Counted from the stretch's first letter, positions 40,685 to 52,641 are shown. The stretch: 64,000 bases of DNA from Octopus bimaculoides (GCF_001194135.2 NC_068987.1:18401441-18465440), one strand, 5' to 3'. A program made the numbers and translations. The notes: a model not told the origin generated them from the letters alone.

Positions 40685-41943
40685 TGTCTTTTTAGAAAAC
40701 AGTTAATTTAGAAAGTGTTAAAACAAATTTATTTGGGTTGAGCATAGTAAAAAGATTTTTCTTTTTTTAATTCTGTTGAAACTGAAATTAATCATTGATA
40801 CGTGTTTAGTTATTTTGTATGTGTTTTTGTTATATTTTGGATGTATTGAATTATAGATTAACTAAACGTACAAATTATAGATAAGAAAATACTCAAACTA
40901 TAACTAAATGCACAAAATATGTAACTCGAAACACCATATAACTCAATCAAACAACCATTAGATATAACTTTTTTAAACACAGACAAAATATAACTAAATT
41001 ATGTTACTGTGGTAAACTCTAGTTTCCCCAAAATTTGATAAAACAATATGAAGAATTTTACTACGCTTTTTAACGTAAAGAAAAATCAATTTTACTATGC
41101 TTCAAAAGGAAATTGCAGAACGACTAGTCTTCATAGAAAATTAATTAAAACGATTGGACCCTGTGAACGGAAATTCTCACAGGAAAAAATGTCAAATTTT
41201 GAAGTCATTTATTAACTGACAATAAAATGACTTGTATACATAATAAGGTTTTAATGATGACCGCATCTTAGGTTCGACTCTTAATTGAACCGATGTAAAG
41301 CACTGTCACGGAATTTATTCTACTTAGAAGTAGTAATTATGTTCTACACAGGTGTTGGAAATGTAGGTATTAGGAATAAGGACACTCCATGGTCCGGCAG
41401 GTTGAGGTTGGAAATGTGTGAGTAGACATTCGCTTCACTGGAGAATGCCGTATCCCTGCGTACTCCTTCTCTGTTTTTAAATAAAATTCATGATGTTATT
41501 CGATGGAATTTAAACAGTCGTTGATTTCGTTATTTTTTCATAACCGCGCTGGCAGAATTATTAATATGTCGGATAAAATACTTTGGTATTTCTTTCGGCT
41601 ATTTTTTTGTGTTCTGAGTTCAAATTACATCGAGATCGACTTTGCCTTTCATCTTTCCAGGGTCCATAAAATCAGTTCCAATTGAGCATTGAGATCGATA
41701 TAATCAACTAACCGATAATGTCAGGCAATGCCTATAAGGCGAAGTTTCGAAATAGCTATCCAGTAATGTGGCCGGAACTAGGACTGAGTGATAAAAATGT
41801 GGAAAAAATATTGAAATTTTGGGGATAAACTTCTTTCGCAGTCATAATCTGTGCCATTTATTAATAAATTATTACAATTACAACTTAGTCAAATCTAAGT
41901 TGCATTTCTCAAAGGGATTTTTGGTTTGTTTGTTTGATTTTTT

Positions 41944-42509
41944 GGCACTATCATGCTATTAGCTGTCAGAAGTGAAAGTGCTCACTGCTAGTGAAGTATC
42001 TGTCTGTCTGCCTGCCTGTTGCTGGCCTGTCGATTCTTTGGCTACTGACAGCTAATACCATGACTGGCCGGAGCGAGCTATATGTCTGTCTCTCTGTCTC
42101 TATCTATCTACTACTCGAAAGTTCGCGCGTCCGCGCTAGCTAGTCGTGAGTAGAAAACACAAATTTAATATAAAAACATATTTCCTGAAATTGCAAATTA
42201 TTTAAAATATAAAAATATAATTTTCAACAGAGAGAATTTATCAAAATAGAAAATTTATGAAGTTTGAAGTTTAAAAATAATAGGATCGACCACTCACGAC
42301 TAGCTAGCGCGGACGCGCGAACTTTCGAGTAATAGATAGATAGATAGAGAGAGAGACAGACAGACAGACATATAGCTCGCTCCGGCCAGTCATGGTATTA
42401 GCTGTCAGTAGCCAAAGAATCGACAGGCCAGCAACAGGCAGGCAGACAGACAGATACTTCACTAGCAGTGAGCACTTTCACTTCTGACAGCTAATAGCAT
42501 GATAGTGCC
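41944..42509. mobile_element. Young fold-back MITE with 8-bp TSD, Merlin-like
   Basis: Arms 41944-42151 and 42292-42509, with the outer about 140 bp perfectly complementary. Exact TSD GATTTTTT at 41936-41943 and 42510-42517. Termini GGCAC/GTGCC. Confidence 0.9.
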
Positions 42510-43144
42510 GATTTTTTTTATGAAACTGCGTATTCAGGTGTTTACCCTCTCAATTGCTACGAAAGGCACGAATTAAAATTGATCTCAGTATTATATCTCA
42601 TGGAAGTATTAGCATCGATTGTGCTCTGCATCAATTGAAAGAAAGACCTGGTCCGCAAATATTGGTGTATGTTGTTCGTTTTTGAACCGTATCAATATAT
42701 TTTCTGTACATTTGTAATAAAAATTTGTGATTTCATTCATTACTTCACCTCTCTTTGCCAAACTTTCTTTCTTCTCTCCATGCCCTGACCACTATTGGAG
42801 TAGACATTAAAGGTGGATCTATTCCAGTAAAAGAGACTGAAGAATGATAATTTTTTGTGGAGAAGTGACCTATCTACTTGCTAGTGCTAATAAGTATAAG
42901 AGTTAAGTATATGTTCACAGCCAGGATCAATGCCTGGATTATTTGGAAGACTTGATCTTTTTTGCTTATGTCACCCAGTAACATTGTATCACAATAACAC
43001 TCAAGGCAGGGAGACACAATCCTACCACCACCAACACATACATATACATTCATGTATTGCACACACATCCACAAGGGACTCCTTTCTTCAATGATTCATT
43101 GCAATAATCTGGTTTTATTTATTATTTTTTTCTTTCCAGCAACA

Positions 43145-43210
43145 ATGTTCCTCGCTTTTGGTAGCTTTGTGTTCAGCTGGCTTTATGAAGTTGCAAGCCA
43201 ACAGAATACT
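43145..43210 (+). CDS. MTFR1: MTFR-family gene, candidate first coding exon (MFLAFGSFVFSWLYEVASQQNT)
   Basis: Strong acceptor TTTCTTTCCAG| at 43139, ACAATG context, ACT|GTGAGT donor. Phase 0, in frame with the next exon. No recognisable homology, so the N-terminus is uncertain. Confidence 0.55.
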
Positions 43211-44066
43211 GTGAGTTCTAATTTTAATCTTTATTTGTTTTAAAGGGAATTGTATAATTGTGTATGTCAGCAGGGACGGGTTGATCTAAGAATAGTTTCA
43301 AATTTTCTGTGGCCTTGGTGCATAATTTTTAGTAGCATCATAAAAACTTAGTAGACCTCGGTTAGTTATCTCTCTTGAAAATTGTTCGATGAAAATGATA
43401 AAATGCTTCTTTACCACCATCATCACCACCACCACCATCATCATCATCATTATTTTCACCTCCCTACTTTGATTTGTTTTTACAGTTTACTTCTCTGGTC
43501 AAAAGAGTTTTCAGTTCTTTATCCACCTCAAAAAAAGTGAAGGCACTCAAAGACCATTTTCATCCGAAAACAGTTTATAGGGTTCTTCAAGAGGTAAGAT
43601 TTTTAAAAAAGTCTTTTTTTTTTTATTGTTTTTCTCTGTTTCTTGATATCAGCTGAGTAAACTGAAGCAAAGTGGAATGAAGTGCCTTGCTCAACGACAT
43701 ACTGTTTGATCTCGTGTCTTTATGATTGTGAGGCCAATACCTTAGGTTCATGTATTTAGGTTGAAATTGAAAATATTTCACAGCCACCTACTGGTTTCCA
43801 TCCATCAATTCAGTGAGGGTAGAGTTCTCAGGCACCTCCTCCTTTGGGTGCTATCAGAAGCAGCCTTCATTAGACTTTCTAGCTGGATTCCCAAGTAGAC
43901 CAACTGAGACCTTGAATATTATCCAACCGTCTCATTCTGGGTCTACCTTTAGATCTCTTAATGATAGGCTTGGCTTGAAGAATTTGTCTTGCAATTGTTT
44001 CCTACTGGTTTGAATATTGAAAATCTTTATAGAATTTCCTTTTCATAATTACTCTTCCATTTGCAG

Positions 44067-44158
44067 AATTATGGCAGCGATTCTGACTCTGGACTTTCTG
44101 AATCATCTGAAATTGCTTGGATAGAAGAAGATCTCGGAAATAATTGCATAGCAGTACG
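44067..44158 (+). CDS. MTFR1: MTFR-family exon (NYGSDSDSGLSESSEIAWIEEDLGNNCIAVR)
   Basis: TTGCAG| acceptor, CG|GTGAGT donor, phase 0-2. EIAWIEED..C..R resembles MTFR1 DVGWVAKEEGECSARLR. Confidence 0.8.
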
Positions 44159-45750
44159 GTGAGTAACATTTTTGTTAGTTCTGCATGCACTGGACAAAAG
44201 AAATGTTGGGGTTTTAACATCCACTTTGGTATTAGGAATGGTATCCAGCCATAGAAACCATGCCAAAGCTGACACTGGAACTTGGCACAGCCCTGCAGCT
44301 TACCAGATTCTGTTGAACAGCCCAACACATGCCCGCATAGAAAATGGACATTAAATGGCGAAGATTTAAGATGCTCACATGGTTCATGGTTGGAACAGAA
44401 TTTGTTTAGGCAGATTTTCTATCGCTGGATGCTCTTTCTGTTACCTGTCACTTAAACTTTTCCAAATGAGGTAATGTTTTCATTGAAAATAGGAAATGGA
44501 CACCACTTGCGTGACAGTGACATTTGCTTATGACTATCATGTGATGTCAAGGCAAGGAGACCATAACCACATGTGTGCGCACACACACACACACATGTAT
44601 GATGGGCTTTTTTCACATTGTTTCTCTACCAGATTCACTCACTAGGCTTTAATTAGCCTGGAGTTATAGTAGAAGATGCTTGCCCAAGGTCCTACACAGT
44701 AGGACTGAATTCAGAATCATGTGACTGGGAAGCAACTTTATGTATGTCATCATCATCATCATCGTTTAACTTCTGGTCTCCATGCCAGCATGAGTTGGAC
44801 TGTTTGACATAGAGCTTGCTAGCAGGGAGCTGTCCAGGTTCCAACTGTCTGTTGTGGCATGGTTTCTACAGCTGGATGCCCTACCTAACACCAACCACTT
44901 AACAGAGTGTGTTGGGTGCTTTTTCTGTGTCACCATCACAGGTGTGTTTACACAGCATCAGCACAGGTGCGTTTACGCAGCACTGGCACTGGTACATTAA
45001 CACAGCACCAGCACAGTTGCTTTTTAAGTGGCACTAGCGCCTGTATATATGGAAGACAGTGATTTTATTTAGCTTGATGTGTTTTATCAAGTACAGCAAA
45101 TTGCCACAGCTCTCAGTCCCCTGTCATTTCCTCAGCAAGGGATCCTTTCTCACTTCATCCCACATCTTCATGGGTCTACCCCTTCCACAGTTAGAGCTCA
45201 GCATTTCTTTATGCAGCTGTCATCCATATATATATATATATATATAATTAATTAATAATATCAAAGGGTAATCTGAAATATTAGAAATTTCCATTACTAG
45301 TGGCCTAGCGTGTAAAAATTTAGTCCATAAAATATATATTATTCATATAAATTCAGTGTACATTTAAGCACATAAAAGGTATCCATCATGGGACTACCCG
45401 CACGCTAGAGAGGACAGTTAAATTCCAAACCACTATTAGGGATAAAATTTCGAAGGGAATGAAAAATAAAAACATTTACCATCTAACTCCTGGACCAAAT
45501 GGTTTCAGACTTTTTTTAGCAAATAAAGTAATTTGCTAGGCGAAGCCTTCTTCAGCAGGTACACCTTAGATTAAATATATATACACGAGGCAATCCAGTA
45601 TATGCCCCGTGCTTATACATTCTAATTTTTCAAATCTACCGCACAAGTGCAGCTCCTTGTCGGCAGTAAATAAATATGCCGGCTTTTTTTATCTCGAAAT
45701 TATCTAAGAAAAAATTATCAATAATTAATAATATCAAAGGGTAATCTGAA

Positions 45751-45787
<37 letters not shown>

Positions 45788-46470
45788 CGACAAATAGATG
45801 TATTTGTGCGAGTGTATGCACACATACATGCACGATGTTCCACCATTCTTAAGCTCATGGATATGCCTACAGTTTGTACCTGTTTATAGCAAAAAGAACC
45901 AAACACATCAACTGCAACTGTGTTCTAACCGTCCATCAAGCAGTGGATTGGCAGGACCATTAGAGCATCAGATAAAATGTCAGCAATATTTGGTTATGAT
46001 CATTATATCCTGAGTTCAAACCCCATTTCCTATTTCCCGCCTTCCTGACACTTGTGCCAGTGGCACGTGAAAAGACATTCTAGCGAGATCCTGTGCAGGT
46101 GGCACGTAAAGGCACCCACTACACCCTCGGAGTGGTTAGCGTTAGGAAGGGCATCCAGCTGTAGAAACTCTGCCAAATGAGATTGGAACCTGGTGTCGCC
46201 TCCTGGTCCACCAGTCCTCAGTCAAATCGTCGTCCAACCCATGCTAGCATGGAAAGCGGACGTTAAACGACGACGACGATGATGATGATGATGAATAAAA
46301 TAGCAAATTAGTCAAATATTGAGGTTAATTTAACCCTTTAACATTCACATTATTCTGTCAAGTCTAATGCTTATTAATTCACATTGCTTTGAATTTAATC
46401 ATGCATTATCTGGTAGCTTCAAGATTTTGATGCTCTGATTGTTTATTTTTAGAACGGCATTGAAGGATAG

Positions 46471-46609
46471 CAGGGGCGGACTGAGAGTATTAAGGGCCCT
46501 GAAGCATAACTGTTTATCGAGCCCCTTAGCATTGATTTAGAAGAGTTAACATGTAGAGTGCTGGACCCTCAGGCAGTGCCTGATTGATCAACGGCTCAGT
46601 CAGCCCCTG
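46471..46609. mobile_element. Small hAT-type MITE nested in a piggyBac-like MITE (about 46333-46705)
   Basis: TIRs CAGGGGCGGACTGAG / CTCAGTCAGCCCCTG. Imperfect 8-bp TSD AAGGATAG / TAGGACAG. Confidence 0.65.
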
Positions 46610-46868
46610 TAGGACAGATATAAGAGGCAGATCTGGCCAATTTGAACATAAAACATATAGAATATTTGGACTGGGTATGGCCTGTTTGACTGCTAACTGG
46701 TTAATCCATTCCTACAAAACTACTTAAGATAAAAATAGAATTATAACTGAAGACAAAAACTAAGTCTTTGATTGTCAGATAGGCCACCCTTCCACCCCTG
46801 GGCAATATTGTTATTTTATCTTTTTTTTTTTGGTTAATTTAATTTCATTTTCACATGGTTTATTTTAG

Positions 46869-47059
46869 AACACAGATGAAAAATCGCAGAAATTTACATT
46901 TTAATCAAAGTGTGTCAACATCAATTAACCTTGCTGAGCCTCTGAGTACATCAACTCCACATAATCCCTTCGAAGAAAGCGTTAATTCCTTACAGAAGAT
47001 TAACGAAATGCAATCCGAGATTGAAAAATTAAAGGAACAAATTGCTATGATGTGCAACA
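46869..47059 (+). CDS. MTFR1: MTFR-family exon (TQMKNRR...SLQKINEMQSEIEKLKEQIAMMCN), coiled coil
   Basis: TTTTAG| acceptor, A|GTAAGG donor, 191 nt, phase 2-1. The coiled coil resembles the MTFR family ALQKISALEDELAxLRAQIAxI segment. Confidence 0.88.
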
Positions 47060-47544
47060 GTAAGGATTTTTTTTGTTTTTTTAGAAATCATATTGTCTTG
47101 GTTTGTTTGACTATTGAAATTCACTTTTTTCATGATTGTGAAGTTGATTTGTGTGTGTGTGTGTGTGCATACACACTCACACACACACACATATATACAC
47201 TTACAGCTCGTGGCAGAATTGTTTGCACGCTGGGCCAGATGTTTAGCTTCATTTTGTCTGTCTTTGCGTTCTGAGTTCAAATTCCACCAAGGTCGACTTT
47301 GTCTTTCATCCTTTCGGGGTTGATTAATTAATTATTTGTCAAACGTTGGGGTTGATGTGATCAACTTACCCCCTCCCGGTTTGGTCTTGTGCCAAAATTT
47401 GAAATCAATATTTAGCAGAAGCAACAGAATTACTCAAGGACTGAGAGTTTCGTGCATTAGCACTTATCAAACTCTTGCTTCTGCTAAATATTAATGAAAA
47501 AAAAATGTGTGCTGTTATGTTTATTTTTTTACCTCCCTTTGCAG

Positions 47545-47780
47545 CTGCAGCTTTCAAATCAGAAGGTACATCATCAAATCATTCTACAGTGTCACCAACA
47601 TCACAAACACATTTACCAAGAACTTTAGTTCCGCCGCCGCCACCACCACCAATACCACCAGTGCTACGAGCAGCACCGCCTCCACCACCACCACCACCAC
47701 CACCTTCTGCTTTAAAGACAAGTGATTCAAGTTCTAAACCAAACAAAGAATTTATGTCTCTTGGAGATATGCTTAAACAG
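47545..47780 (+). CDS. MTFR1: MTFR-family exon with polyproline tracts
   Basis: CCTTTGCAG| acceptor, CAG|GTAACC donor, 236 nt, phase 1-0. Encodes P7 and P10 runs, typical of the MTFR proline-rich region. Confidence 0.88.
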
Positions 47781-48313
47781 GTAACCTTATTTTTCATCTG
47801 ATATTTTTTTTTGTTCCATGTTTTGGCATGGGTTAGAATGAAACTTTCTAAGGATGGATGCTCTTCCTGTCACCAACCCTTTTTATTCCAACACTCGTCA
47901 TACTTCTGGTGTTCTTCAGATCATTTGTTTCTTGGATAAAGCAAGCAATGTCACCACTTCATATATATGAAGGTGCAAAGCTTAGTGGTTAGTGTGTCAT
48001 GCTCACAATCACTAGGTAATGAGTTTGATTCTTGGACTGTTCTGTGTGTTGTGTTCTTGAGCAAGACTATTTCACGTTAAATGTGTCGTCGTAAAAAATC
48101 TACTCTCTTAGCATATTAATGGGAGCAAGTATAGCTTGTGTGGGTGGGCGGGGGTGTGGTCTGCTTAAGAATCAGGGAATTTTTGATTTCGAATTTCCTT
48201 CCCCAACATCTTCAGTAAACGTTTTTTTTTTTGTTTTTTTTACCATAAATCTGTGATGAAAACTTAAAACCTTGTAACTGAAATTTCGTAGTAAGAAACT
48301 ATGTGTTTAAATA

Positions 48314-48482
48314 GGCGCAAGAGTGGCTGTATGGTAAGTAGCTTACTTACCAACCACATGGTTCTGGGTTCAGTCCCACTGCATGGCACCTTGGGCAAGT
48401 GTCCTCTACTATAGCCTGGGGCCGACCAAAGCCTTGTGAGTGGATTTGGTAGACAGAAACTGAAAGAAACCCGTCGTATATA

Positions 48483-48517
<35 letters not shown>

Positions 48518-48715
48518 GTCTGTGTTTGTCCCCCAACCATCGCTTGACAACCGATGGTGGTGTGTTTACGTCCCCGTAACTTAGCGGTTCGGCAAAAGTG
48601 ATCGATAGCATAAGTACTAGGTTTCCAAAGAATAAGTCCTGGGGTCGATTTGCACGACTAAAGGCGGTGCTCCAGCATGGCCGCAGTCAAATGACTGAAA
48701 CAAGTAAAAGAGTAA
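48314..48715 (+). mobile_element. tRNA-derived SINE, family A
   Basis: Full-length copy matching those at 8131 and 14546. Confidence 0.88.
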
Positions 48716-49042
48716 GCAAGGACTAGCAAAATCAGTGCGTTGAACTAAGATACCTTACGGCATTTAGTCTTGTCTCGGTTACGTCCCTTCCACTCTTGGC
48801 TTAAGTTTGCGTTTATCACTGGAAAAGGTTGGTTAAAATAAGTTTCCAAGCAAAGTAGATTAGGGTTGTTGTGACCAACTAAAAGCGCCTGAAGCAAATA
48901 CTCCAGCTTGGTTGCATTTCCAGTAAAGGAAATCGCTTAAAATGTTTCTATATATTCTGTAAATGACCAAAGACTTGTGAGTGGATGTGGTAGACGGCGC
49001 CTCGCGCGCGTCCGCTTCGGTCGTCCGTTCGCACTCCATCAA

Positions 49043-49268
49043 GGCGGCGAGCTGGCAGAATCGTTAGCATGCCGGGCGAAATGCTTAGCGGTATTTCGTC
49101 TGCTGTTACGTTCTGAGTTCAAATTCTGCCGAGGTCGACTTTACCTTTCATCCTTTCGGGGTCGATAAATTAAGTACCAGTTACTCACTGGGGTCGATGT
49201 AATCGACTTAATCCCTTTGTCCTTGTTTGTCCCCTCTATGTTTAGCCCCTTGTGGGCAATAAAGAAAT
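49043..49268 (+). mobile_element. tRNA-derived SINE with a Deu/Nin-like central domain
   Basis: GAGTTCAAATTCTGCCGAGGTCGACTTTACCTTTCATCCTTTCGGGGTCGATAAATTAAGTACCAG. Relatives near 15100, 19150 (-), 21845, 22060, 25425, 41540 and 47205. The domain name is from recalled similarity. Confidence 0.7.
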
Positions 49269-51035
49269 AGAAAACTACAAGAATCTCGTACACGTGTGTG
49301 TGTATCTGTTGTTGCGTTTATGTCTCCGTAACGTAGCGGTTCGGCAAAAGAACTGGTGTCAATTCATTCAATTAAAAATTTTTCATAGCGGTGCCGCAGC
49401 ACGACCACAGTCTAATGACAGAAATGAATAAAAGATGAATGGTTTTCGTTCGTGAGATTGTGGCCATGCTTGGGCACTCCCTCGAAGTTTTCTTTTGTTT
49501 TTTTTAATGAGAATGAATTATCTTGCTACTTCAGTATATTTTCTCGGTTAAAAATTTTAATTCCTATCTAGTATACTTAGGATATGAATGATATGTTTTA
49601 TCTTCCGCCTTATCACTTGCCATGCACTCAAATATATAACAAGTACACTTGTTTTACACTTCACAACTACAGTACTTGACTACACGAGTAGGAGGGAAAC
49701 AGTGGATAATGTAGTCATGAATATAGTATTTCTTTTAGAAAATCTTTTGTTTTTTAAGACGAGATGGTCTTTACTGGAACCCTTTTTCTATTATTATAAT
49801 AAGTCTGTTCAGTCGGACTGGTTCGCTATACATATTGTAGCAGTGGCACTGAGAATTATCTCCCTTGTCTTAATAGCAACACAATTTTTCTGCATTCGTT
49901 TAAATTTTCTTTTTTGTTTAGCTGTAGCCCCTGGTCTCCCTTGATCGAGTTCACCTACGCTCGAAAGTATTCAAACCATGGCCATCCTGTCTTTTATTTA
50001 GATATGTATATGTTGTATATATATCTATGAATGATTACATTATACAATGTCTTCTTTTTTTAAAAAAAGATGGTCGAGTATGATGATTAATTATTTGGCT
50101 GCTGTTTGCTCGTAGTAGGTCGAACAACGAGATAAAAATACTTTTCATTCATTCGTCCGTTTTCTTTGTCTAAAGTAAGAGCATAAGTACTGATTCGATT
50201 ATTGAGTGTTGGTAAATACTCAACTATTCTACACCGAGATAAGAATCGTTAGAGCCTAGCTCCTCCCATTTTCTACACGAATTTACTATGTACGCCATTT
50301 GATGGACAAGCATTGAGAGTTATCTACCTTATGTCTGTCATCGATGCATAATAGTAGTTTCCCGTGTTCCTCCCAAACATTCTCATTCTGTCTCTTCATA
50401 CTGTTGCTTTGCCCCCATGTCAGCTTTGATCGATCAGACATGTGATCAAAGACATTCTAAATGTGACCATCGTGTTTTTTTTTTATGCCCAGATTCTACA
50501 GTTACCAATGTTGTCTTTAAAAAGAAGGGCGGTTGGAAAACTTTTGTTGACACTGCTTGTAGCGTCATCGTCATGCAAGCAATCTCTTTAAGTATCAAAT
50601 ACATGTCTGGTCATGGGGAAATATTACCTTACTTGGAAGCAGGTGAGAGTTGGCAACAGGAAGGGCATCCGGCTGTAGAAAATCTGCCTTGGCAAATTCC
50701 GTCCACTCTATACTTCGAAAATGTAGCTACAAACATTTAGTTTAACCATATCTTAATACATTATCTTCGTTAAAAAGTCAGCCTCTTAACTTCAGTCATG
50801 TTTTGTGTAAAATAAAATTAGAAGAAACAACCCTACCACCACCCCTGCCATTTCAAGTTTGATCCATAAAGTATTGTAAACACATTTTGAAGCAAGCTAA
50901 GTCGTTATAGAAAAAATCCAGTTATTTAACAACAGAGAAAAGGTGTAGAAATCAAATATTTTCCCTTCCTCGTTTTTATAACATTACGTATTAAGTATCA
51001 AATTGAGATTAAGACTTCTATTGCTATAATTGCAG

Positions 51036-51163
51036 CGCATGGCTTCTGAGGGTGGACTAATTGGAGGATTAAAGTCAACTTCCACAACTGGTGCAGATAA
51101 ACCACCATCAATGGCCGATGTACTAAAGAATTTAAACAGTGTAAAATTGAAACCAGTAGAAAG
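51036..51163 (+). CDS. MTFR1: MTFR-family exon (RMASEGG...KPPSMADVLKNLNSVKLKPVE)
   Basis: TTGCAG| acceptor, AG|GTAAGC donor, phase 0-2. Matches the family hallmark PNMLEILKxMNSVKLRSV. Confidence 0.92.
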
Positions 51164-51728
51164 GTAAGCTTTGCAGTTACACTGTGTAACATGATTTTTG
51201 TCCTTTGGTAGCAGTTATTTCCTGTTTACTTATCCCTAGAAAGTATGAAAAACTGCTAAAATCTCCTTCAAACATTGCATTCAGTATATTTATTAAAACC
51301 CCAAAGAATCCCTCTCAACACATGGCTATGATGCTCTGCCACTACTCCTGCTCATGATCAGGGATGCACATATTGTCAGTTTCAAAAGGACATTCTCAAT
51401 TAGTTATGGTGAAGCAAATCTCTGATATTGAGCAGAATATTTGCTATAACGATATTTCTGCTTCAGCAACTCAATGCTGAATCTGTTTGAAATGTAATGG
51501 AAAATAGGTCAGTTTCAAACCATTGATGTCCAGATCAAAGAAAAAAAAACAAAATTTGAAGGGAATAGAAGTTGTTTCCTTTGATTTCTTGATAGAAGCA
51601 AATGGGGGAAAAAAACGATGTGTGTGACAAAAAAAACAATAAAAGTTCTGTTAGTGTTCAAATATTGTTAAAAATCCACAAGCTAAATCCATTTTATTTT
51701 TTTTTAACTTTTTCTCTACATTCCACAG

Positions 51729-51909
51729 ATCACCAGGTGGTACTCCTCTCAAACGGTCTCCTCTTCCATGCACAACTACTGATCATCAATCCATTATTGC
51801 AAATGCCTTAAAAATCAAATTTTCCAAAATCAATCAACACAGTCCTGACCATTCACAAAAACGCCGCTCTCTAAACTCACCCCATTGGTCATCTCCTTCT
51901 CCACCACGG
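51729..51909 (+). CDS. MTFR1: MTFR-family exon (SPGGTPLKR...DHQSIIANALKIKFS...SPSPPR)
   Basis: CCACAG| acceptor, CGG|GTAAGT donor, phase 2-0. RSPGGTP and IANALKxKF match MTFR2 RSPGG and MTFR1 LIAEALKKKF. Confidence 0.92.
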
Positions 51910-52593
51910 GTAAGTTTCTTTGTTTACTGCACAAGAACCAGCTAGGTCCCTCATTCAGCATCATCATTGTTATAAAGTCTACTTTTCCATGCTTGCATGG
52001 GTTAGAGAAATTCATTGAGGTAAATTTTCTTCAGCCAGATGTCCTTTCTATCGCCAAGCATCACCTGTTCCCAAGCAGGGTAACATTTCCCCAAAGCCAG
52101 TCATGCTTCCATGGAAGACTGGAAATGATAGGTACTGCTTGTGTGGTAGTAATATTCTTTATAAATATTGTATATCTAGATTATGTAGCACAAACATTTA
52201 TACATGCACATATATGAAAACTTTTCTGTTGCCGACTAATGAATCCACTCATGGCTTTAGTCAGCTTAATGCCCAAGAAGCAGACACTTGCCCAAGGTAT
52301 CACACTGTGGTACTCTATCCTGAAACCAGTGTAGGAAAGCAAACTTCTTCACCACTCAGCCATATATCACTTTCTTTACCATTACAAGTTTAATCCACAA
52401 AGTATTGTAAAATGACTTTGAAGTAAAGTCAACATAGAAGCTAAGTTACTTTACAGAGAAATGGCATAAATATGAAATATTTTCTCTTCCTTCCTCTATC
52501 TATTTTTAGTTTTATGTACTAATTATCAAATTCAAGATTGAGACTTATTCACATCAAATGTCACATTTTTTTTCCCCCTTTTTTCTCTCACAG

Positions 52594-52641
52594 GTTTTTG
52601 GACGTCATCTTTTGAAGAAAACTGGGAAGCCACTGAACTAA
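52594..52641 (+). CDS. MTFR1: MTFR-family last exon (VFGRHLLKKTGKPLN*)
   Basis: Long polypyrimidine tract then CAG| acceptor, TAA at 52639-52641. Matches MTFR1 LFGPHMLKPTGK. AATAAA at 52832-52837. MTFR1 versus MTFR2 orthology cannot be decided. Confidence 0.88.
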   Translation, partial: VFGRHLLKKTGKPLN

